A stretch of DNA of 64,000 bases, taken from NCBI GenBank assembly GCA_965285935.1, contig OZ260664.1, positions 85,808,001 to 85,872,000 of the forward strand, read 5' to 3'. Below are positions 50,001 through 62,130 of this stretch, one piece after another. The notes under the pieces are model-generated. The model made no database searches and was not told the origin of the DNA. It saw only the letters and a program-made list of their open reading frames with translations. The translations under genes and the position numbers were made by a program. Each line of letters opens with the position of its first letter. Positions within the stretch are counted from its first letter, which is position 1. Origin of the DNA: Ophelia neglecta (taxonomy: Eukaryota).

Positions 50001-53000
50001 AAAATGACGGGGTAGTGATTTACTGTGGTGTCCACCAGCCAGGGTCATCGCATTCTCAACTTTCCCAGTCTCCAAAACTTACAGCTAACGTTCTCTGTAT
50101 GTATTCAAAACCTTCCTCATCATTAAGACAACAACTTATAAAACGAAAGACTAGTGAATACCCGACTGAAAAATAATGAATAGATGACATTGCATTAAAT
50201 GGTGCACCAAGCTTTGGGGATGGAGGGGGAGTGGGGTATGGTGGGGGTCTTATTATAATGTCTATGACGCGGAAAAGTGTACGCATTAGAGCACCGCTGC
50301 CTAAACGGGGGTATAATGTGTCAGCCACACAGTATCCATTGACTGTGTCAATGGCGAGTTATGAATCACTGAATTTCATTGATATAACCTTGCAAGTCAT
50401 ATAGGATTAATCAAATTTAGTAACTGACACGCAATGGTGATCACAATTATTCAAAAACATTTGAACGGTTTGTTAGGAGTATGGTCGATGGAGTTTGGGT
50501 ACAGTTAATACTCACTTTGTAGACCAATGCATTAGTCAAAGCATTATGGTGGACAAATCATAGGCTTTTTTATTCATCAACTATGCTCATAATCGGTGCA
50601 AACTATAATCAAAAACTGTAAATAAAGCTCTTAAGTATCATACTAATAATGAAAATTACGAAATTAAGATTAGACTTATTAACAAATATTTATATATCGA
50701 GAGTTTAGGTAAAATCTCGTGCTCTCTCTAATTGTTTTATTTAAAGTGCACCTCAAGAGGGTGAGAACGATTTTCTGTGGTCCAATACATTTCACCGTTT
50801 CATACCTGATTTTGTTTTACTGTACCACGCTGCTTGTAGACAAACCAGATCCGGCAGTGGCCACTCAGGCTAATGTCGTCGTTACACTGGGAGACACTAA
50901 TGTGTCGCTGAGTTGCCAGGCTAACAGTCAGTGGCCAGGGAACCCTCTACCGACCTTTACCTGGACCAGGACTGGGGGCGGCTGGAGCGATAACGGACAT
51001 ACTATCCACGTGTCCGTACTGAATCCGTGTATAGACACGTATTATTGTACTCCTTCTAACAGTGAAGGTTTGGGAACACCGGCTAATGTGACCCTTGAGA
51101 TTTTAGGTGAGAACAAGGAAGAATTATTGGTGTAACCGACCATACTAATATCATGGTAACAGAACTTAATATGTCGTTTTGTCTTAAAGCGCCCACCGTA
51201 ACAAGCACGACAATCCAAAGCACTGTTGTAGCTGTAAACACCGACGATAGCTGGATGGTGAGATGTGGCTTTAAGGGACTACCTGCGCCTACTGTCAGCG
51301 TTACAGGACCCGGAATTGGTAATATATATCAGGTGGTCCATGGATCTCCCAGCCTCACCGTGGATTGTTATCAGGAATCTTCCGTCATCTTGAAATGGAA
51401 GGCGGTAGACCAAAACACCAGGAAGGCCGGAAGTGCGCGAATTACATGTACAGGAAGAAATGGTGTTGGTTCAGTACCGGGTAGTCATCACTTCAACATC
51501 GACGTGCAATGTAAATACCTCTTGTTATACAAGAACTTGGCGAGAAATGTTATTTGCTCTTCTGGTTTATATCGAAACGACCCCAGTAGAGGAAAGAAAT
51601 ATACTTATTTTTTCAATGTAAAGCAATAGAATAATTGACTTATTAGATAAACCAGGAGCAGCATCCTCTGAATCGTTGTCACCTGTTAGTGTGCACCAGA
51701 CGGCGACACTGCACTGTTTTATGGCTGGAGACACTGAAGGAAACCCAATATCCAAATTCAACTGGACACGGAAAAATAATTCTACATGGCAGGTTTTAAA
51801 CAATAATGGGAGCCTGCTTCTTCCAATAACAGACATGACTTTTGAAGACGAATACTACTGTACTCCATGGAATATCCGCGGAGCAGGGCAGAAGGCGACG
51901 ATCCAACTTACATTTAAAGGTTAGAGATTGGGCTACCTGAAGAAGATTAACTATAAAAGTCCGCCAGTCTGGTGCTTTTAGATCACCAGGCATATAGTTC
52001 GAACATTCTATAGTTAATGTATTTAGCTACCCAAGGACTATACTGCAGTTGCTCTAGTAACTAAAAAACACTTGCGCCGGATAAATATTTTTAGCTATCT
52101 TAATTTATCGCTAGTTGATACATCGAATTTATGTCTATACCTCATAATGTAGAATGGGCGTTACGATATTATTATGTTCTTTTGAGAAAATCTTCCACAG
52201 GCACTCCATTGGCTGTCATAATAGGAGGAACAATCGCGGCTGTTATATTTGCAGCCACCATAGTCATCGTTTTAGTTGTGCTGCGCAAATATAGGAAAGG
52301 AAGTCAAAATGGTAAGTTATGATTTTGTATTGATCCAAACATCATTTCGATCCTACTGCCTTTCGAATCAGTCATATTTTCGTTTTCGATATGTGTATGT
52401 CCATTTCATGCGTTATTGGTCTTGGCAGATTATCTAGAACCAGTAAAAAGACCATGCGACGACATCGATGGCATTGACTCCGTCTACAGCGTCATCGATG
52501 ATATTGATGTGATCCCCACCAACCTCCATCCGGATGCCCAGGATAACGTATATTTGACCATGTCATTTTTATATCAATCCGGCATTTTTTTCTCTGTAGC
52601 GTTGAACCTGTAATGCTTAAGTGATGCTAGTGGATTTATTTTATATCATGTTAACCCAAATAAACATTGGATTGAGTGAACTGTTTTAGAGCACAGTATC
52701 CTGTCGCAAAGGGAATTTCGCTGTTTTCCCTCGCCCGAAAATAATAATTGACACCTAGATACGTGTTTTTGAAAGGTATCCAAATAATACGTCTAAAAAG
52801 GCTTAACCATTGAAAAGGAATGATGTGTGGATTCCGATAATCCAACTACCAACAGTTCTATATCTGCTCAAGTAGATATACAATGCCAATAGGCTGAAAC
52901 ATCTGTCCAGATAATCGGAAACCAGTCGGATGTCTGATTGGGCGGTCCTGTTAAATTAATTATTAACATATTCAAATAGTTCCATTTTCTACACCTTGAA

Positions 53001-56000
53001 ATTGTTTGCCATGGAGAACAAGTTCCTAGAACGGTTTTTGACTAACTTCTGTTCCTGCTAACACTGAACAAGAAGAGCCATATTCCAGGGAGAGCCACAA
53101 TAGCCATTGTCAGGGTAAAATAATGGAGCAGACTTTATGATTTTTTTTTCAGTCCGCGGGGATTGCAGTACATTGTTGTAAATAAAGTTGTTCGTCTGTC
53201 AATTTTCCAATTTTCTTCTTTTGGACACTAATCTTCTCATTGGAAAATGACGACACTCATTTTGATGACCCTCACTTTCATAATAACAAATAATATAATT
53301 GATTGAATAGCTAGCGTCTCTATATTCATCAGAATATATAAAAGAGCAAACCTATAATTAGTACCCCCAAAAAATGAAAGGATGAGGTTTTTTTTATAAT
53401 AAATGAAGATTTTGGTAGGATTGTATTTTATTGTAAAACGTATGAAGCGAATATGGACTGGCAGATGAATCTATGTATTCAAACAATTCAGTTGGCGCAA
53501 TGACCTGTTGTCATTATTTGTATAATGTGCTTCGAAAGTTAATTTTTTATTAAATATATTCTCGCTTTACAATGCCCCCCATGATAGCAAAATATATACA
53601 AAAAAGTGTCTTAATGATTCATCCTATTCATATAATAAGCAGATTGTCAAGAACACTTCAGCTGATTACGACTTATTGGACAAGGAAGCTAATAGACTGT
53701 CCAGGAATTTTTACGCCACCCTAGAGAACAAGGATAACAGTGTGGTACGCCACTTATACTATTATGTCATATATCATACTATTAACACGAATAGCACCAG
53801 TGTTTTCGAATTATCATATGTCATTCCATCAGGAATGAAATTGAATTTTCATGTCATAGGAGAATTTCAATTTTGTGTAACAGGATGCGCCTGCGGATTC
53901 TTTTATCGTCCCACCTGGCGCGTTCAGCTTGGGGAAACATTTACGTAAAGGAGCTTTCAAAGTCATTTGGTCAAGTGACAACTATAGTTCGAATGCTGCT
54001 GTTGTGAACCGAATAAATAGTGCGGTTTGATATAATTTCATCTCTAAACAATATTGGCCAGCAATGATACTGACATTTTTTAAGGCTAGCCGTACCCCAT
54101 TCACTTTCGCATTTTTCGTTACTTAATAAAACACAAGTTAAAGGGTTTAATCATTCACTTCGCCTGCGTATTCACGAAACACACAATACATTAAAATGAA
54201 TTACAAATGTGCCCAAACACACGGATGTTGTCCTCAATCATCGGAAATATAACTTTCCCAACAAGCCGACGATCCACAAAATTATAAAACCTATATGATA
54301 CGTAAATTAACTACATAATCTAATGTATTTCCCATGTTTCTTTATTCAGACAACCCGAGTGATGAGGACTACTTAATAGCATTTAATGGTTTGAAAGCAT
54401 TGTTAAAATGTGAATCCTCACTTTTTGTCAGTCGGTTAATCGGATTCACTATTACAAAGGGTATTGATAATGTTATTCATCTGCATTTTTTTCTACTTTA
54501 ATTTTGGTGGTTGAAGTTCGGTTCAAGAAAATTGTTTCCCTTTTCTTTCGTGCAGAGTTTCTATATGTTATGTCGGAATTCGCAAGCGAAGGTAGCCTTC
54601 ACAAGTTTGTCAAAACAGCACCGAATGTGTCCTCGTACGCATCCCATATACTGAAATGGTCAGGGAACATTGCTCAAGCCTTTGATTACCTTCATTCCGA
54701 ATCCGTAAGTATATTCAGGTAAATCATGTTGACTTATAATCACGGTATCTTGTGGCGCACTGGTATCTTTAATACATTTAAATTCTTAATAATATGTATT
54801 GTGTCCAAACTTTAAAAATAATAGTAATAAATGGTCATAGATAGTTTTCTTGGGCGGATGGGTACGGCTATACTATTATAAAATCTGTTTATGTAAATAC
54901 AAACTATCATCTATAAAAACATGTATTCTATTGTAGCAACCATTCCTCCATCCATGTTTATCATTATATCAAATACTGTTGGATTCTCATCTACGAGCCA
55001 AACTAAAAGGATTTTGGCTGGCTCAAGATGTGGTTGCTAAATATGCCAAGAAAGACGAGGTAAGGATCGAAATTTAGCGTCTGCATTCTTGTACCCCCCC
55101 CCCCTCAAGGTATTTCCCCTTCCCCACGTTATTTCCCTTCCCCGGCTGTGTCGAATAGCTAGACGAAAAGAGTTGAGGTAAATTGGTTACTAATCATCGG
55201 AGCCTATTTTTTTTGTATACGCTGTTTAATTTGAATATACACGCTATGTGTCAGGTTATTCCTATCATGTTTGTGTTTTTAGATCACAAAATGGCCAGTC
55301 CGTCACCTGCCCCCTGAAACTTTACTCTATGGTGTATACAACCAAGCATCCGACGTCTGGGCATACGGTATCCTGATTTGGCAAATATATAACAACGGTA
55401 AGACGGCATAATGTTTAATGCGAATTAAACAGGTCTGCGTTTGAATTTCAATAGGACGGATTAGAAAACCTACTTATATTCAAACGTAAACGGAGGAAGG
55501 TCATTCATATTAGCGCCAACTTAGAAAATATATGTGCGTGCGTGTAGTAGGCAGACCAAATGAATATGTATGCCCGTTTTAACAAATCTGCTGTATAACA
55601 ATAAGACGACATTCACAAGCGCATTTATTTACGAATATGTATTGGAATAACGGAAACTCATTCCTTTTTGGCATACTGGAAAACCTGATACGAAATTCGA
55701 AGGAAATACGAGATACACAGATACGAAAAATTAAGATTGAGTTGGATTATGACAGGGTAAGGGGTAGGGTTAAGCTAGCAACCTAACTAAACCATAACTT
55801 ACTTTATCCTTCACCCTAACCCTAACCTAGTCCATATGGCTACGTTTTAAACACCTCGTATCTCGTATCTGCGTCTCGTATCTGGTATTTCGTATCAGCT
55901 TTTCCAGTATGCCTTCCTTTTTTTATTGGTGAACTACAGTGTGATGTATTTATTTAGGGAGTATTCCTTATCATGCCACTAAAGAAAGTGAAGTTGTCAA

Positions 56001-56294
56001 GGCAATATGCGATGGTGATGTAATGGATATGGGAGAAGGGTTTCCAATGTCATTGTAAGTGTTCTACGAATTGTCAATAGTTCTGACCACATTTATGTCA
56101 CAATATGTTGTATTCAAATGTTGCTTAGATGTACGTGGGACAACGCCCTGAGAACGGGAGCTGCTATTAAATTTGGCTCTTTTTCTTATAGTGAAATGTA
56201 TATTCGAGTTTGTTGGAGATACGAGCAGGACAAAAGACCGAGTTTTTCTAAAATAACGAACAAATTGAAGTCGCTGACCTACAGAATGAAATGA
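47030..56294 (+). CDS. Gene C: Ig receptor tyrosine-kinase-like pseudokinase (SP, 5 Ig, TM, ITIM-like and ITAM-like motifs, dead TK domain), about 920 aa, 16 coding exons; paralog of gene A
   Basis: Exons 47030-47084 (signal MINALACLMCLLRLLSSA), 47216-47572 (V-type Ig), 49776-50096, 50840-51106, 51190-51510, 51647-51919 (Ig), 52201-52311 (TM LAVIIGGTIAAVIFAATIVIVLVVL), 52429-52547, 53643-53744 (juxtamembrane), 53884-54019, 54350-54460, 54556-54704, 54937-55059, 55283-55397, 55958-56054, 56192-56294 (kinase: NIAQAFDYLH, PPET, SDVWAYGILIWQI, CWRYEQDKRPSF). Cytoplasmic intron positions and phases match gene A. Confidence 0.9.
53884..56294 (+). CDS. Tyrosine-kinase-fold (pseudokinase) domain of gene C, 7 exons
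   Basis: LGKHLRKGAFKVIW (Gly loop missing), AVVN (beta3 Lys lost), NGLKA (alphaC Glu lost), FLHPCLSLYQILL, AKLKGFW, WPVRHLPPET, DVWAYG, CWRYEQDKRPSF. Confidence 0.9.
55670..55913. mobile_element. MITE (non-autonomous DNA transposon, Mutator/MULE-like) with 9-bp TSD in an intron of gene C
   Basis: TIRs GGCATACTGGAAAACCTGATACGAAAT and ATTTCGTATCAGCTTTTCCAGTATGCC (1 mismatch in 27). Perfect TTCCTTTTT duplication at 55661-55669 and 55914-55922. Internal inverted GATACGA and telomere-like TAGGGT/ACCCTA repeats. Confidence 0.88.
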
Positions 56295-57919
56295 AAACAA
56301 ATGTGAAGCTTGCAAGCACGCAATTTCAGGATCAGACTTTTTTAAAGCAATCAGCAGGATATCATATGTCCGTATTCGTGCATATAAGTGTTCCATTTAT
56401 GTATCATACATGGTAACATCGTTTTTTTTTCTATAAAACAAACACAGTGCTTTAAATTACCATGTGGCTCATACTTTATTCTCGGTGTGTGAATTATATT
56501 TTGCTGTGTTATATATCTCACAATCTTAGTACCAATTTTATATTCATACATATTCACTTCCTGGAACGTCCGGTCATTGCATATTCAGATATGCATACAT
56601 TGGAGTGACATTTAAAGTAATTATTTACCTTTTTCGAGTATGATCAGTTTTTATCTGGGCACAGTGTCAACGTTGTTTATTTAGGGTCGCATTATATGTT
56701 CATTAATTGTCGTATTTAATTATTCATTGTTTACTTCTTATCATGCTAGTGCAAATGCAGAAATAATGTTGACATTGTAATATTTCAGCATGAATATATC
56801 CATAAAGTTGGATACAAAAATTATATTCGTCTGCAAGAAAATTGTAGTATTTGACTGTGATATGAGCTGAAGGCTCTTACAGAAATATTCCTACATTAAT
56901 GCTGTACCCTTCATATATGCGTACTAATTGCTACGTCGATGAAGATGCGGAGGTCGTGCACATTTTATTCTTTACGCCAATGTATACTTCCTAAATATAC
57001 ACAACATTTATTGTATTATGTTGATGTGGTGACAAATAATAGATTGTATTTTTGCTGGTTTAATAGTAATAGTAATAGATAATAAAGTAATAGATAATAG
57101 CCTTTTACTAAGCTATTACAAAGGGTACTTTTGTCGTTTTACTTGAGCATTTAATATTTGGCTAATTAAACCAACCAATTAATTGTCAAAGTAATGGAAG
57201 GCATTAAACATGTTTGGAAAATCTCTCACCTGTACTGATACTGTACAAAATATGATTTTGCCTATACCAAATTAATTTCTCCCCAAAAATGTCTGTATTT
57301 ATTAACATGCTTCACACAATAAAATCATGCTTTCCTAATAGAGTGTATTTTAGGGGTCTAAAAATGTTATTGCAAGGCAAACTCTCCCCTTCATGGTGTT
57401 AACCAGGCTGTTTATCGAGAACTGTCTTGCCATGAGACTGTCTGAATGTATTCAATCTAACAGTGGTCTGTGTTTTGTTTATAATCCTTTAACAATGGTG
57501 TACTGTCTCAATTGGATTTAACCAGACTATCACAGTAGCAGAGTTGAATTATTTTTTGTCCCTTGAGATGGCCAAGGTTGGAGTCACTGACAACCTACCC
57601 CTGTCTCCCTGATTGCGGTTAAAGTCACTTAAAGATGGCTAGGATTATCCTGATTGGCTTGTTAGTATTTTAGCCAATTCATTCATATATACCAACGAAT
57701 ACTGAGATTCTTAATCAGTGTCCTGAAGTTTTCCCAACTACAAGATCAACATGTCTGTGTGGGCACACTTTGATGCCATTCAAAAATGTCCTGTAATAAC
57801 TTTAAATGAGACCTTTTTTTAAGTTAGACTTATTATGTGTGTCAAGAGTTTTGTATCTTTGTTCTTTGGCAAAATAAAGTTTCCAAATCTGAACAGTTAT
57901 ATGCGTAAATTTATTGTGA

Positions 57920-58036
57920 TAGTAATAGACAGGTGTGAAATAGTAATAGTAATACTAATAGAACTGAAGAGGCTGTAATAGTAATAGTAAAAGTAATAAA
58001 ATATTTCAAGGTAATAGGAATAGTAATAGTAATAGA
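57920..58036. repeat. Degenerate (AGTAAT)n microsatellite
   Basis: Repeated tagtaatagtaatag units; a shorter copy lies at about 57061-57100. Confidence 0.7.
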
Positions 58037-61000
58037 TGATGTCTAATAGATACCATGTCTGATTTGTCCTAGGGCAAACAATTATGGTAAAACATATCCG
58101 TAGGACAACCATACCTACGCCAGATCGTTTTTCTCCACGGAAATATTGTACTCCTTCAATGAGGTCATTAATACCTAATATAGATATACTGTGTAATATA
58201 GTTTCACGGACAATAATCCTGCGACTGATGTAGTTGTCACATGTCACATTATAACGAAAGTATTTAACTTGACTATTGGAAAATACAGTGGCGGTCAGCT
58301 ACTTCCCTAGTGGCCTCGAGGAAAGCGGCATCCTCAAGACCTTCATCCCAGGACTTTTAGGCTAGCGATAAGCAATACCTGCCGCTTAAAATGTTCTCAG
58401 ACTTCGTAATTCCGACGACGGCGTCCGTGCTGTGTTACTTCTATCGTTCCAGAGAAAAATCAGTGGATACAACAGTCGCGTAGTTAAGTGATGGTTAATA
58501 AGGTAAAATCTCTAGTTCACGACATTGTACAAGGAGCATTATATTCGTTTATAAACAGCTTTAACTCGGCTGTGCATACGGAACCAATGTGGCTGCTGTC
58601 AATGTTTGCCCCTGGATGCTGCCTAGCTCGAGCTCGGTAAATCTACAGCAACTAAACTAACGCCCTAATCACTGATACAACTCAATCTGACACTAAAGTG
58701 ATGCCAAATACAAATACAATATCTACAATGAGACACATTAGAGTGGATATACCTTGTCAATCATATAATACAAATGCTGACAAGTGCCAATGCTTATGTT
58801 AAGCAAACAACAACTGTTATCAAGCCATTTCTGTTTATGTATTATGTATTTAGGTATATTCAGCAAGGCGGGTTAGGGCACATGACTATCATATATTAGG
58901 TCTATTGATTAAACGCGGATGACATACGGAGGTCAAGGGCATGGTCATTCTGGGCGGCAGGATATATAATGTTCACAAACATGTTCACCAATAATATTGG
59001 GGTTAATTTTAGAGTTAGGAATACGGCTAGGGTTTAAGGTATTCCAGCCTAAATTTGTGGCCTAATACCAGGTTTAACTTCAACAAAAACTGTGCACTAC
59101 ATATCTGCTGATCTCACAGTCAGGATGTTCAGAGGTTAGAGTGTATCGACTAATGCTGTCAAAGTTACAAATTTTTATCACTTTCTTATTCCAAACAAAT
59201 ACAACACTTAATTTCCTCATGTGTATTACATAGCATAAATTTAACTTTGGGCTTTCCTGTGTGCGAACAGCTTAGTTTATTATGCATGTAACACGCTATC
59301 CACACTCGAATACAGGGATATCGCTTCAGGGATATTGGTGATTTTTAGATTCAGCCCACTTCAACGTACGGAAACACATTCTTCAATGAAATATTAGACC
59401 ATTTAATCCTCTGGATGATTTCATGAGGTAATATCAAATATGACCCCTTTTGGCGAAATGTTTATTATTTAAATTAAGTACTTTGAAAGACATACTAATT
59501 GAAAGCTAACTCAAAGACAGAAATGAAATATGTTGCAAAAGGTATTTCATTGACATGGTTATATATTTTTAATCTTAGATTGGCTATATTATTTTATATT
59601 GATGTACCAGTAGCATGCTGTGGATTGTCTCAACTAATTCAGATTGTTTGACGCCTTGATTAGGACAGCAAACGAGGTGTTTATAAACACACACAAACCA
59701 GTGTCAGGGAAGTCAATGACTGAGCCCCGTGCATCCGATGATTTCAAAAAATTAGGTCCAACCATTGCATAACCTTGCATGCAGTTTTTCCGATTGTTAT
59801 TGTAAAACAATTATGAAAATAAACACCCTTTAAATTCCAAAACATTAAAAAATATGATAGAGTGGTTACAGGGTTAGAGCTTTTGTTTTACTAACCAACT
59901 CACTCAAGCATTCCACCTTTAACCCTGATCCCATACCCCAAGCCTATAAAGTACAGGAACATTTTTACATTTTATCATGTGACTCCAGGAACAAATAACT
60001 AAAGGGGATTTTAACCGCTTCGTCATGCGTGCTTTAAGTTATACCACATGGCTCTTTCCTACTTTATACTATATAACATCAATATAATGACTGTTGACAT
60101 TTCCATGGACTTTTAATGCAGCTTGCAAGTAGGATGCACCTCTACCACACCCTTTCCTCAACGCCAGCACTTCTATATTTTATCGTCAAAAAAATATTTT
60201 GTTCATTGCGCCAAGTGAATGCGTTGGTAATTAGACAAAAGATAATTAACATGTCCATATATAAACAGTCAAGAAATCGATGCCTTTTATCATCCTGAAT
60301 TAAAATGAAAGGGGATGATTTCTGGAGCACGTTTCCTTTATAACATACTTTTTGTTTCAAATTTAAAATAGTTGATAACATAAGCTAATCTTTCAGGACT
60401 GCCTCCTTTGAGACAATAATCTCATTTAAAAGCTCCTAGGCTTGGGTGTAGGCGTGTGAAGAAGGGTGTATAAAAAAACGTTCACTACTCTCCTGTCAAA
60501 TTGGTGGTTAGGGAGTGGAGGGGAGAGGGAGGGGGGGGGCAAAAAGTATTGTTTGGGCCTCTGGGAATAGCTTGAATCTGCATTGACTTGTAAACCAGAA
60601 AATTACCATGGGGTCTGCAATCATGTTTAATAATACCTAACAGTAAGATGTTGACAAACTGAACAATTAAGAGAATATGACTGTTTGATAACCCACCTTT
60701 TGCAGATATTACATATTTACATCATGCTGAATGTAAGTTACACTATTTATCAGAAGTGTCATATCGAAGCAGTAAGAGCAGGGGAACGAAACTCTCCGCC
60801 ACATGCAACATGTTTAGGCAATCAGTAACCTGTTATAATTGCGCCTAAAAGTATAACAAAACATTAAGCAAAATATATTAAACCCAAACTCAACATCTCG
60901 AGAACGTCCCATGCAGTAAATATTCAATGGACATTTACTGCGCCTTAAGATGATAAATTATTTTAAGTACAAAGCACCTAATCAACATATTTATATAATA

Positions 61001-62130
61001 TTTTCCTTCATTAAAATGTAGTACCTGTTACTGTTCTGTCAGGTTCACATGTCCATATTATTTATATAAACAATAACCTGAGTCATTGCAAATACAATAC
61101 ACTAATTAGAATTTCCGAGAACTGGAGTTTCTATAAATTCAACCAACAGCTTCCCTTTACTAAAACAAAACCTTTTTGCCAGTTTGTTTAAGCAAAGTTG
61201 TTTTAACATGGTCATTTAGCATACCAGGTGGAAGGCAAAGAATACTGTAGCGTGTGGCAGTCATCTATGTTGTCATGGGTCAATGTTTATGATAATATTT
61301 TGAACAACACTGAATCTTTACTTTTATGATTAACCTGTCATACTGACAACGTGCAAGTACTCATTGTGCCCTAGACTATTTTTGTGGGGTTGACAGCCCT
61401 GTTTGACAATTTGGGGATAATAATGCTCTTCCAGGACAACAATAGCAGCCTAGAAGAGTTTTATTGTACACAAATGAGAATTATCTACTCAACATGCAAT
61501 GAACAGTGCTATTACTGACATCTATGCCAATATATTTAAGAACTTGTTTAATACAAATGACCATCAATGTCGGAATTCAGCAGTCTTCACAGTGGTTACA
61601 TTATTGAAATGGATACACAGCAACGAAAGGACAATGTACGTAATATAATATGTTCCAGAGTCTATCAAAAGATTATACAGTAGATCAGTGAATACTACTC
61701 AATCAGTTTTTACATAATGGTATAACAGAAGTATAGATAATAATTTCCTTTCTATGTTGAAATTCCAGAAATCCGGTAACTAAGAATGATATCTCGGGAG
61801 TTTCAGACAAAGATCAGAAACATTTGCAACCCGTATTTTGGGGACACTACGGTATTAAGTCAGGGTCTTCAATACCTTAATGTCTCTAGACCAGGTGACC
61901 TAATAAGCAACTGTCAAAGTCCCGTAGTTTAAAATTAAATGCATGATTGGCTCTGCGCTATTAGAAAAATTAAGCCGCTGTCTTGAGCTTATATTGTTGT
62001 TGCATTTGTATTTAAACGATGGATTCAAGATGGACTCAAGAAATACTCGTAGTCCTATTTAACATTTCCTTAATTCCGGATAATACTTGAACCGATGAAA
62101 CATAGTGGATCCTTTGTGCAACTTGGCAGC

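Noticed and set aside
56300-62000. Scattered short ORFs between gene C and the ABCG2-like gene
   Set aside because: No recognisable domains or exon chains; consistent with UTRs, microsatellites and decayed repeats.
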